Virus record (IMG/VR): IMGVR_UViG_3300046786_000888
Location: 1 to 64,000 of that record
Origin: a virus
Taxonomy: Duplodnaviria > Caudoviricetes
Direction: 5' to 3' (one strand)
Length of the DNA stretch: 64,000 bases
Part shown: piece after piece, positions 18,418-26,731 of the stretch
Position numbering within the stretch: position 1 is the stretch's first letter
How the letters are laid out: each line of letters opens with the position of its first letter
Program-made: the position numbers and the translations under genes
The notes under the pieces: generated by a model
The model's input: only the letters and a program-made list of their open reading frames with translations
What the model was told of the DNA's origin: nothing
Databases searched by the model: none

Positions 18418-18639
18418 TTACAAAAACAACCCGTACCAAAGTGCTAAACAAACAGCACCTAGAATCGTGGTCACAAAATCCATAAATTCAGGCGTACCGC
18501 GCCCCGATAAATCCCAGAACTCTTTAAATGCCGCAACTAAAACAACGACCAAAAAAGCAATAGGATGCCCTAGCGGATAAAACATAGCGAAAACGCTGAG
18601 TCCTGCCGCGAAATGGTAAACTTTGTCCTTAGCAATCAC
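18418..18639 (-). CDS. Small VanZ-like membrane protein
   Basis: DKVYHFAAG...KEFWD...DFVTTILG; hydrophobic. Confidence 0.6.
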   Translation of the reverse strand: MIAKDKVYHFAAGLSVFAMFYPLGHPIAFLVVVLVAAFKEFWDLSGRGTPEFMDFVTTILGAVCLALWYGLFL

Positions 18640-19115
18640 GCGGGTGTATCGCCGTACCGAATAATCGTATAGCGAGTTGATGCTGCTGTGTTTGAGAAAG
18701 TCTGAAGAACGCCGCTGTTATTGGCAAAAGTGCCGCTGTAGGTGCACAAAATACCACTTGTATAAAGAACAGCGTACTCTGTAATAACAGTGGTAGAGCC
18801 GTTCTGTACTAAATGAACCTCACTGGTTTGAACCTCGCGTCCACGCTTGGCTTTGATATGGTACCGAGCGGAATCAAGAAGACCGCTGGCAAAAACATCA
18901 AGCGTCGTCCCTGCCGTTGTCGTTGTCGTGACGGGAGTTAGACAATTTGTTTGAAAGTAAGGATAACCCGCGTAACGAGCATCCAAACCACTGACTGTAA
19001 CTAGCTTGTTTTTATCCGAATCCGCCGCTTCGTAGCGATCAACGACAGGCAGCTGGATGTAACCGCTGGGAGAAGGACCAATGTCCGAAAAAGCCGAGAT
19101 TTTACGGTTGGTCAC
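18636..19115 (-). CDS. Fibre-associated structural protein
   Basis: Contains one copy of the domain repeated three times in 19744..21369 (EVQTSEVHLVQNG...EYAVLYTSG). Confidence 0.6.
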   Translation of the reverse strand: MTNRKISAFSDIGPSPSGYIQLPVVDRYEAADSDKNKLVTVSGLDARYAGYPYFQTNCLTPVTTTTTAGTTLDVFASGLLDSARYHIKAKRGREVQTSEVHLVQNGSTTVITEYAVLYTSGILCTYSGTFANNSGVLQTFSNTAASTRYTIIRYGDTPA

Positions 19116-19118
19116 AAC

Positions 19119-19595
19119 TTAAGCGTCTTCTAAAAGTATTTTAGAGCCGTCTTCGGCTACTAAGTATTCTATCAGAGGTGATTGATCTTCCGTAAGTAAA
19201 GCTGTATTTGTGCTGCTTGTTAAAATACCGTCCTCAATCTCAATTTTGATCGTTCCTGCACCTAACGCAACACCAACTTGAGTTACATAAAACGGATCAA
19301 AAAACTCTATATAACCAGATGCAACATTATTAAAATCGGTCGTAAGAATACCTGACCCGTGAATCGATAAATATGCTGGTTTGCCCAGAGTCAGTCCCGC
19401 CGTACTAACAGCGGCGTAATCCGTCAGAACAATTCGGACGCGCGACCCAGCTTCAGTCACGCCGTCCGAAATGCCGACCACGCGGGACCGATCGGCCGAA
19501 AAAGGATCAGCAGGAATAGCGTAGCCGCTGCTGTTAATTGCAACAGCTACGCCATTACCGATGTATTCGCCAGCAGTAACAACACTAAAAGCCAT
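19119..19595 (-). CDS. Virion structural protein (beta-clip-like)
   Basis: AGEYIGNGVAV...VVGISDG...GLTLGKPAYLS; ends LVAEDGSKILLE. Confidence 0.55.
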   Translation of the reverse strand: MAFSVVTAGEYIGNGVAVAINSSGYAIPADPFSADRSRVVGISDGVTEAGSRVRIVLTDYAAVSTAGLTLGKPAYLSIHGSGILTTDFNNVASGYIEFFDPFYVTQVGVALGAGTIKIEIEDGILTSSTNTALLTEDQSPLIEYLVAEDGSKILLEDA

Positions 19596-19621
19596 ACTGC
19601 GGCAAGAGAACTAACTTAATT

Positions 19622-19744
19622 CTAACCTTTTCCCTGTCCGCGACTTTTTTTGCGGCCATGAGAGGGCTTACTGTGCAATCCGTCTCCCTGTCGGGTCTTT
19701 TTGGGCTTCGACTCGATGAGTTGGGTGTTCTTAGGCTTGGCCAT
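19622..19744 (-). CDS. 40-aa basic protein of a common cyanophage type
   Basis: MAKPKNTQLIESKPKKTRQGDGLHSKPSHGRKKSRGQGKG; TAATG coupling to the upstream gene. Confidence 0.6.
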   Translation of the reverse strand: MAKPKNTQLIESKPKKTRQGDGLHSKPSHGRKKSRGQGKG

Positions 19745-21369
19745 TAGGGTGTGACGCGAACGGGACGGAACACGGTCGGCGCAGCGGTGTTGCTGTAGGC
19801 AACGATCTCGACGAAATCGCCGACAACGGAACCGCTGAACGTCGCTAGCGTACCCGAACTGAACACAACCGAGTGTTGCGATAGATACGCATCAGACGGT
19901 GTGTGTACAACAGTGAGATCAGAGCTCTGGACTTCGCCGCCACGGTCGACATTAACCGTAATGGTCTTGGTACCAGATGCCTGGACCGGATAGCGGTCGA
20001 TCAGCGTGCCGACAGTCGACGCGGTCGTGATCGGCAGACCCTCAGTGTCGCCCCAAATAACTGGCCTATAGGTCGTATAAGCAGTAGAGGTTGGATAAGC
20101 AACAATTTGAACGTTACCGCCAGCAACCTGACCGCTAAATGTCGCAAGTGCCCCACTCGAATAGACAACCGAGTGCTCTGAACTAAAGCCACTGACCGCT
20201 GTGTGGATAACGGTAACATCGGAGTTCTGGACATCGCCGCCACGCGCAACGTTAACGGAGTAAGTCTTAGTGCCCGAGAAGCTGACCGGGTAAGAATCGA
20301 GGACCTTACCGGTAAATGCTGTCGAGTAAGACGAACTTACAGTAGTGCCGTTCCAAACAATCGGCCTGAATACCGTGCGGTCGATCGAATTGCTATATCC
20401 GACCAGCTCAACGAAACCGTCAACAAGCTGCCCGCTGAACGCAGCCAGAATGCCGCTGCTAAACACGACAGAATGCTGCGAAACGTACGCATCACTCGCA
20501 TCATGAATGAGCGTGATGTCGGAGTTTTGTACCTCATTGCCCCGCTGGACGGCAATCGAATAGGTCTTGGGACCGACGTAAGACGTCGAGTAGCTGTCCA
20601 AGACAACCAAATCGGTCGTTCGGGTCGTTTTAGTTGGAGTCGGAGGATCAAGCAGCGAAGTCCAGTTGCTACCGTCCCAGATTTTGATGACGCTGGTTGT
20701 CTGGTCGTACCAAACCTCGCCTTCAACCACAGCAGTCGGGGGCGTCTCGCGGTACGCCACACTGCGGCGGGCGTCAGGTTCATACCAAGAATCCGAAACA
20801 GCGTCGTAAATAAGGAGATTGCCCAGATCTCGGTTGAACCAAAGCAGCCCGTCGCGAGGCGGAGCGTTATTACCGACGCCAGACGGTGGTGTTTCGGACG
20901 TGTACGCGAGGGCTTCGGCGTTAAGCTGATACCAGCCCGGATTTGCGGCTCCGGAAACGTAGACGAACGTACGGCCTTCGTTCTCGTCGAACCAAATAGT
21001 CCCTTCGTAGGCACCGGAGGGAGCTACACCGCTTACGATCGCGCCAGGAATACGCTGTGCGTCAGCGTTAATAGTTGTATAAGTACCACTAGGTGCGAAG
21101 TAAATGCCGGATCCAGGAGCGAGGCCGGAAGCGCCCACGCCGCCGCCAGTTACTCCGCTTAGAGTAGTATTTAAATCTTCTAAAGCGCGTACAACACCCT
21201 CAAAGTTCCAAGGGTATCCTGCAGAGCACCTTGAGTAAGAAGTGGTTCCCATGCCGCTCGCAGTCGCAATCAGTAAATCAATAACCTCGACGATACCCTG
21301 AAAATTATGCTCATGCAGAGCACGGGGCTCTAGTCCGTGCGTAAGGCAAGGAGGATTATTCTGTAACAT
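19744..21369 (-). CDS. Tail fibre-like protein with repeated domains
   Basis: Three GxxWF/YD repeats, then three tandem ~88-aa beta domains. Confidence 0.75.
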   Translation of the reverse strand: MLQNNPPCLTHGLEPRALHEHNFQGIVEVIDLLIATASGMGTTSYSRCSAGYPWNFEGVVRALEDLNTTLSGVTGGGVGASGLAPGSGIYFAPSGTYTTINADAQRIPGAIVSGVAPSGAYEGTIWFDENEGRTFVYVSGAANPGWYQLNAEALAYTSETPPSGVGNNAPPRDGLLWFNRDLGNLLIYDAVSDSWYEPDARRSVAYRETPPTAVVEGEVWYDQTTSVIKIWDGSNWTSLLDPPTPTKTTRTTDLVVLDSYSTSYVGPKTYSIAVQRGNEVQNSDITLIHDASDAYVSQHSVVFSSGILAAFSGQLVDGFVELVGYSNSIDRTVFRPIVWNGTTVSSSYSTAFTGKVLDSYPVSFSGTKTYSVNVARGGDVQNSDVTVIHTAVSGFSSEHSVVYSSGALATFSGQVAGGNVQIVAYPTSTAYTTYRPVIWGDTEGLPITTASTVGTLIDRYPVQASGTKTITVNVDRGGEVQSSDLTVVHTPSDAYLSQHSVVFSSGTLATFSGSVVGDFVEIVAYSNTAAPTVFRPVRVTP

Positions 21370-21398
21370 TCAAATACGGACACCTCCTCACTTCGATT

Positions 21399-22013
21399 CT
21401 ACCGCAGATTACGCGTCGCACAGCGGTCGCAATTACAGCTAACGCTTTCTAGGTTGGGAAAATCTCGACCTTTTTCGCCAAGATTATGCTTTGTATAAGA
21501 ATTATAAACAACGCGAGCTGCTTCAGCCTTACAAACAAAGGTACCTAAATGAGTTCGTTGACCCATGACGCACAAATAAGCCTGCCATTTCTTCAAACGT
21601 TTATGCCAACTAACATTGGGTACTCCACTGGTATTGCTACGTCTAGTGGATTGATTTGCAATCTGAATGTCTCCATTTATATCTAACCTAAGATTATAAA
21701 CGTTGTTATTGTAAGGATTTCTATCTATGTGGTCTATTTGAATGTCTTTAGGATCTTCATTATGCACCATGTAGTAAACAACACGTGCAACATAATAGCT
21801 TTTACCTTCAATCGTTATCTCCCAGTAAAATTTGTCTCTACGGCTGTGATGAACTTTTAAATTTCCCGCCACTTTTCCCGCTTTTGCGGTTCGACTGCGG
21901 TTAACCTTCCAAACCAACCCCGACCACTCTCCGTACTTATCCGGCGAAATCTCAACAATCTCCAGCAGTTCATTCAACCGCTCAAGCGGCGGCATGGGTT
22001 TATACTTAGGCAT
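21399..22013 (-). CDS. HNH homing endonuclease with AP2-like domain (paralog of 12300..12920)
   Basis: MPKYKPMPPLERLNEL; IDHIDRNPYNNNVYNLRL; NTSGVPNVSWHKRLKKWQA. Confidence 0.85.
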   Translation of the reverse strand: MPKYKPMPPLERLNELLEIVEISPDKYGEWSGLVWKVNRSRTAKAGKVAGNLKVHHSRRDKFYWEITIEGKSYYVARVVYYMVHNEDPKDIQIDHIDRNPYNNNVYNLRLDINGDIQIANQSTRRSNTSGVPNVSWHKRLKKWQAYLCVMGQRTHLGTFVCKAEAARVVYNSYTKHNLGEKGRDFPNLESVSCNCDRCATRNLR

Positions 22014-22073
22014 CGGCCTGGTCAGCACAGGTTGATCGCGCCCTGGGGAGTTGACAGCTCCGCCAGGGCTTTA
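22014..22073 (-). promoter_or_regulatory. Two-hairpin leader of HNH-AP2 gene (copy 2)
   Basis: GCCCTGG-C-GGAG-loop-CTCC-CCAGGGC and CCTG-loop-CAGG. Confidence 0.55.
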
Positions 22074-22075
22074 AA

Positions 22076-22453
22076 CTATAACACTTTTTTTTGCTTATTC
22101 AACCGAGCGCTAACACGTTTAACGACGTTAACTGAGATACCCAGTAGAGCCGCGACTTTCGAGCAACTTAGTCCTTGCTCCAGTTGATACTCTATTTCTT
22201 TTGTACGCCAGGTGTTTCTTTCCAACATGTCAGCTCTTTTTTTAACGGCCAGTAGCTCAGGCTCTTTTGACTCCTTTAAAAGAATCTGATGTACGCGCTG
22301 TTTCGAGATTCCGAACTGATCCGCAATCTGCTGGAGCGAAAACCCTTCCTGTATATACAGAGTGTAGATCCGCTCAAAACGCTCTTTGCGAGCTTCCTTG
22401 CTGGCGTATTGACCCCAATAGGTCTGGACGTCTTCTTTGGATTTGATTTGCAT
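22076..22453 (-). CDS. Double-HTH (sigma-70 region 4-like) regulator
   Basis: FSLQQIADQFGISKQRVHQIL and LSCSKVAALLGISVNVVKR. Confidence 0.75.
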   Translation of the reverse strand: MQIKSKEDVQTYWGQYASKEARKERFERIYTLYIQEGFSLQQIADQFGISKQRVHQILLKESKEPELLAVKKRADMLERNTWRTKEIEYQLEQGLSCSKVAALLGISVNVVKRVSARLNKQKKVL

Positions 22454-22474
22454 GAGGGATTAAAAGCCCGCTAC

Positions 22475-22510
22475 AGACTAGGCCCCCTTAGAGCAAACTG
22501 TCAACCCTTA
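22475..22510 (-). promoter_or_regulatory. Sigma-70-like promoter for the double-HTH gene
   Basis: TTGACA-N18-TAGTCT preceded by TAAGGG. Confidence 0.4.
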
Positions 22511-22681
22511 GAGCTGCCCAGAGCAAGCCTTCCGTAACGTCCGCTGCTCATGGCGAAAACCCTCTTCAGCTAGCATCCAGGCAGGCACCCCGATCTCAGA
22601 GCTCTTTTGCCGACACAGTTGCCAAAAAGCGGTATCAGGTGATTCCAGGATCTTATTCCGGGCAGAAAGCGTAGAATCCAT
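22508..22681 (-). CDS. Small hypothetical protein (57 aa)
   Basis: MDSTLSARNKILESPDTAFWQLC..., lying between two TTGACA boxes. Confidence 0.4.
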   Translation of the reverse strand: MDSTLSARNKILESPDTAFWQLCRQKSSEIGVPAWMLAEEGFRHEQRTLRKACSGQL

Positions 22682-23179
22682 GATCGGAATTAAGTTGCAC
22701 CAAGTATAGGACCCTTCAAACAGCGATTGTCAACCCCTTAAACTCCGGTATTACCACAGCGCTTCTCCAAAAACAACGTCTGAAAAAAGTGTTCGGAGCT
22801 CTGTCCGCTTAACGTGAATTGCACTCATACTGGGTTAGTTATGTATTTAAATAAGTAAGTGGTACTTTATAACAATTAGGGCACCCCTTAAAGTGCGTTT
22901 TAATGCGTGCCTTTAAATGCACACCTCAAATACGCTTAGCTAAAGGCGTCAGCACCTAGCAAAACCCGTTAAGTTGGTCTTTAATAGAAAATCCTTTTTA
23001 AAGAGCCCTTTGAACAGACCCACTAAACCAGAGCACTCTGTGCGCTTAAACCCTTGCTAAGCGACTGTCTCATCTGTCTTAACTGAGATTACAGTCAATC
23101 CCGATCGGGAAGAAAATCTGCTGCAAACAGACCCATACGTGCTGTGCGCTACACTGAGCATGTTGAGGCACCATGATTC

Positions 23180-23863
23180 ATGTGTAACTCGGTACTACTA
23201 CTTATGTTCGGCCTGCTGGACGCCGAACCCCTACCGCTGCCTGAAGATCCGCCTGAGCACACCGAACAGCTCGACTACCTCCGCATAGACCGCCACGGCT
23301 CCTGTGTCGTCGCGACCTGCCAATGCCGCCGGACGCCTCCGGTAGCCCTCTTAGCCAAGGATTTCGAGCGCCGTTGCCGACTGGCCAGCTCGTTTGCCTG
23401 CCCGATTTGCACAGCCGAGCTCAAGGGCGCCGCAACAAGCTCAGCGTCCGATCGGTTCCAAGCCTGGATGCTTCAACATAAATACGTCATAGACCCAGCA
23501 GAACACCTGTACGCGTCTGTACTGCCGAAACGCCTCGTCGATTCGACTGACGGCACCTTGATGCGTCCACGCCGCTTTATCTGCGCCAGATTTTTCGGTG
23601 TCGACCTTGAAACCAAGGACAAAGTCCTTATGAAATGTGGCGATGCGAACTGTTTGAACCCTCACCACATGCATCTTGCGGCTAGTCCTGCTAAAAAGGT
23701 AAGCTCCGACATGCACCTAGACGTTCTGCGATGGGCCAAGCGCAAAATGACGAACAGAGCAATCCAGGAGCTTATCGAGATGACTCACGGCCAAAATATT
23801 TCGGTGAGGACTATCTCCGCGCTAAGAAACAAACCTCTGCAATCCGAGTGCATCGCGATCTAA
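23180..23863 (+). CDS. Zn-finger plus His-Me-finger-like plus HTH protein
   Basis: CQC...CPIC; MKCGDANCLNPHHM; C-terminal ISVRTISALR HTH; same architecture as 485..1045. Confidence 0.55.
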   Translation: MCNSVLLLMFGLLDAEPLPLPEDPPEHTEQLDYLRIDRHGSCVVATCQCRRTPPVALLAKDFERRCRLASSFACPICTAELKGAATSSASDRFQAWMLQHKYVIDPAEHLYASVLPKRLVDSTDGTLMRPRRFICARFFGVDLETKDKVLMKCGDANCLNPHHMHLAASPAKKVSSDMHLDVLRWAKRKMTNRAIQELIEMTHGQNISVRTISALRNKPLQSECIAI

Positions 23864-24063
23864 TTGAGGTGTTAAAATCCGATCAGCCGTTATCTGCTAC
23901 AGAAATAGCCGAAGCTTTAGGGATGTCCAAAGTGGCAGCTCTTAGCCAGCTCAAGCGACTGATTAATTTGAAATTAGTTTGTCAAATCAAGTTTGAGCAT
24001 CACGTTTATTACTGTACAAACGGCATTTTTACTGATCTCATAGATACCTCACTCTTAGAATGA
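23848..24063 (+). CDS. Winged-helix HTH protein
   Basis: LIEVLKSDQPLSATEIAEALGMSKVAALSQLKRLINLKLV; GTG at 23848 preferred. Confidence 0.7.
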   Translation: MHRDLIEVLKSDQPLSATEIAEALGMSKVAALSQLKRLINLKLVCQIKFEHHVYYCTNGIFTDLIDTSLLE

Positions 24064-24476
24064 GTTTTTCTGAAACCCCGCAAAAGCCTTTTCTCTGGCG
24101 CTCGGAATATATCGTCGAGAATCTGCCTAGTTGGATCTACACGGACAACGAAGAGCCTCGGACCGAGCCAGAATGCAAGGCCAAAATCAGCTCTTTAGAG
24201 TACACAATTAAGGATATCGAGCTTCAAATCGAGATTCGAGAGCTTGAACTCAAGACGGGTAGCTCCCGCCACGGCAGCGCTTTCGATCACGACAAATGGA
24301 AAACCCAGGCGTTGCGGGCGAAACAGACACACATGTATCTGTTAAACGCATACACATATTGGTTGTTAATTAATAAGCGTCAAGAAACTCTAAATATGTC
24401 GAAACTTGATGCAGTTATCAAACTCTTAATCGAAGAGCCTAAAGACTTTATAGCTCAATTAGAAAAGCTTCTGTAA
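24060..24476 (+). CDS. Hypothetical coiled-coil protein
   Basis: ATGA-coupled 138-aa ORF. Confidence 0.6.
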   Translation: MSFSETPQKPFLWRSEYIVENLPSWIYTDNEEPRTEPECKAKISSLEYTIKDIELQIEIRELELKTGSSRHGSAFDHDKWKTQALRAKQTHMYLLNAYTYWLLINKRQETLNMSKLDAVIKLLIEEPKDFIAQLEKLL

Positions 24477-24486
24477 AATAAAACCA

Positions 24487-24612
24487 GCAGTAACGACAAG
24501 AAGGGTTCGTTTCTGCTACCGTCGGGGGTAGCGCTCGTTTTCACCCTTTCCGAGCGCTGGAAAGTGAAGGTCTTTGCCGGGCGCCCGGTGAAGACCCAGC
24601 CCCCTTCTACCT
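24487..24612 (+). ncRNA. Candidate structured RNA leader
   Basis: Five overlapping or alternative hairpins in a GC-rich intergenic stretch. Confidence 0.35.
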
Positions 24613-24945
24613 ATGTCACAAAATCAAATCGTCATCTCAGATCTCAACAAAATCCTACGCAGCATCGACACTTCCCTTCAAGTAATTGCAAACTCTAAAT
24701 CTGGGTCATTAACCACGGCGTTTATTAACAAGCGTGCTCTTGCTGAACGTCTTGGTGTGCCGTCGGTAAAAATCGACAAATTGATTTACCAAGGAATTAT
24801 CTCTGGTGGGAAATCCGGACTGGTCGAAGGAAGACATTTCTGTAAGCTAGATCCGGAAGAAAATAACACAAGCAACTATCTTTACGATAGCGCTAGAGTG
24901 CTAGCGGATGCTTGGAACAATTTCACGGGGTATACCGATGCCTGA
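24613..24945 (+). CDS. Excisionase/MerR-like winged-helix protein
   Basis: FINKRALAERLGVPSVKIDKLI...LVEGRHF...YLYDSARV. Confidence 0.55.
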   Translation: MSQNQIVISDLNKILRSIDTSLQVIANSKSGSLTTAFINKRALAERLGVPSVKIDKLIYQGIISGGKSGLVEGRHFCKLDPEENNTSNYLYDSARVLADAWNNFTGYTDA

Positions 24946-25348
24946 CCTCAGTCAAGTCGCACAGCGTCTCAAGTTCAACCTGTTTTCAGGCTCGGAGACC
25001 AAAAAACGTATGGCGGCTAACGTCGCCCGCATGATCATCGGAGATATCATCACCCTCCACGACGAATTCAAAACTTATAAGGGGGAGGGTGCTTTATTTT
25101 TCAATACCAGCAACGCTGAAGCATCTCAGTTTTTGACGGTCAAGGACATCCAAACCGACATGGCTCTGGCCGAGGAGATGATGAACAAAGACCTAGCAAC
25201 ATTCTTTAAAAAACTGATTAAAGTTATCGAAAAAGAAAAGGACGATCCTATCGTCGTGATGCTCGACATAAACGGCATGAGTATCCATGTACTGGATAAA
25301 AATAAAATCGATGAAGTACTTGAAGAGCAAGTAGCCAGTGCCGATTAA
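24938..25348 (+). CDS. Hypothetical protein
   Basis: ATG at 24938 overlapping the upstream gene. Confidence 0.55.
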   Translation: MPDLSQVAQRLKFNLFSGSETKKRMAANVARMIIGDIITLHDEFKTYKGEGALFFNTSNAEASQFLTVKDIQTDMALAEEMMNKDLATFFKKLIKVIEKEKDDPIVVMLDINGMSIHVLDKNKIDEVLEEQVASAD

Positions 25349-25916
25349 TGCCGTAGATTTTGTCTCGCCGGTAGACGTAGTAGCCGCTGCAACTGCTTTT
25401 TTTGACGGAGAGATAGATTTAGACCCTGCCAGTAGTCATAACGCGAATACGCTTATACGAGCTAATAGATACTTTTGTCCTGAGGACCAAGGGCTTAGGC
25501 AGATTTGGAGAGCTAAATCTGTATATCTGTATCCGCCACGGGATCTTTTGACTGGGTCGGAACAACCGCCGGATAGAAGCCTGTGGACAAAGAAAAAAAG
25601 ATTCGTTAAGTCTGCGCAGAGAGTCTGGATGGAGGAAATGCTGCGCAAATATACGCTAGGTGAGTTCGAAGAAGGTCTCCTATTTTTAACTTCAACGGAC
25701 GTCGCGTTGATAGCCGCTCAGAAAATAGGGCTAGATTTGCCTATCTGCATACTAAAAGAACATCCAAAACTTAGAAACGACGACAAAGAATTTAGTAAAG
25801 TCAATACAAACAAGATATACGGATTTATTTATTACTTTCCGTCTCCTTATAAAGCAGATAGAAAGATTCTTGAATTCAGTGCGTTGTTTAGTACTCTCGG
25901 GCGTGTGTATATTTAA
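25338..25916 (+). CDS. Phage Dam-family N6-adenine methyltransferase-like protein with variant motif
   Basis: IDLDPASS, QGLRQIW, then VYLYPPRD where NPPY is usual. Confidence 0.6.
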   Translation: MPINAVDFVSPVDVVAAATAFFDGEIDLDPASSHNANTLIRANRYFCPEDQGLRQIWRAKSVYLYPPRDLLTGSEQPPDRSLWTKKKRFVKSAQRVWMEEMLRKYTLGEFEEGLLFLTSTDVALIAAQKIGLDLPICILKEHPKLRNDDKEFSKVNTNKIYGFIYYFPSPYKADRKILEFSALFSTLGRVYI

Positions 25917-26181
25917 TCGGTTGACGAGTGTCGTAAGAGTTATCTGGGCCAAACTTATCGTTTTCGCCAAAACCTAAACCAACAGGAACACCGCGCATTT
26001 TTTTACGCAGATATTCCCTCGATATCCGTTGTCCCCTCTCTTGCGGACTTTCGCTCCACACAGTTCCGGCCATGCGAATATCAGCACGCTGTCGGTACCG
26101 GTAGTCGTGCTTAGCGAAAGGAGCCTCCGCGTGGAAAGCTACCTTTCGCTCATGTTTTCCTATTGGAATTTGATCAGACAT
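25888..26181 (-). CDS. Hypothetical protein
   Basis: 97-aa ORF ending the late block; convergent overlap. Confidence 0.45.
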   Translation of the reverse strand: MSDQIPIGKHERKVAFHAEAPFAKHDYRYRQRADIRMAGTVWSESPQERGQRISREYLRKKMRGVPVGLGFGENDKFGPDNSYDTRQPIKYTHAREY

Positions 26182-26671
26182 TCCAAGTCGTTAAACGCTT
26201 AACTTGATCTTCATTGATGTTGCCTTGGGCAAGCCCCATAGCCCGAGGATCATACTGAAGATTAAATGCGGGGTCTTTGGCGATAGCAGCAAAACGAGGT
26301 TGAATCTCGTCTAGCCCACGTTTCACGTATTGGTCATATAAGTTAGCGCTCTTGACTAACGTGTCCTCAAAACGTTGATGAGCAGAGCTACCTAAAACAG
26401 GGTAGTCGCCTTGATTTAATTGAGTTTGGAACCGTTCTTGTTCGCCGGTCATAAAGGGACCGAATTGTTCTTGAATACGACCATAGTAATCAGCAGGCTC
26501 GTTTCCTTCTCCTAAAAATCCGAGCATCTTACCTTGAGTCGCGCCTGCCATGCTCCTATATTTCCCGCCGCGCTGTTGAAGATCTTTAGCTAATTGCTTA
26601 CCTTCTTTAACAGCCTGCTCGACCGAAGACTGAGCTGCTTCTAAAGCTTGTTGTTGCGGATTAGCGCCCAT
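26174..26671 (-). CDS. Hypothetical (possibly internal virion) protein
   Basis: Gln/Ala-rich 165-aa ORF. Confidence 0.55.
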   Translation of the reverse strand: MGANPQQQALEAAQSSVEQAVKEGKQLAKDLQQRGGKYRSMAGATQGKMLGFLGEGNEPADYYGRIQEQFGPFMTGEQERFQTQLNQGDYPVLGSSAHQRFEDTLVKSANLYDQYVKRGLDEIQPRFAAIAKDPAFNLQYDPRAMGLAQGNINEDQVKRLTTWNV

Positions 26672-26731
26672 AGTCTTAAAAACCCTTACTCAAGTATACC
26701 GAATCCACTAGCGACAATCAGCACGTATCTG

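Noticed and set aside
20203-21162. 319-aa plus-strand ORF, and similar ones at 36944..37651 and 37844..38701
   Set aside because: Antisense shadows of strongly codon-biased structural genes, with no motifs.
23731-23847. N-terminal extension of the winged-helix ORF (and similar long starts at 3141, 7692, 28360, 53765, 58561)
   Set aside because: Extensions overlap neighbouring genes or lie upstream of better-placed starts; shorter starts were used.
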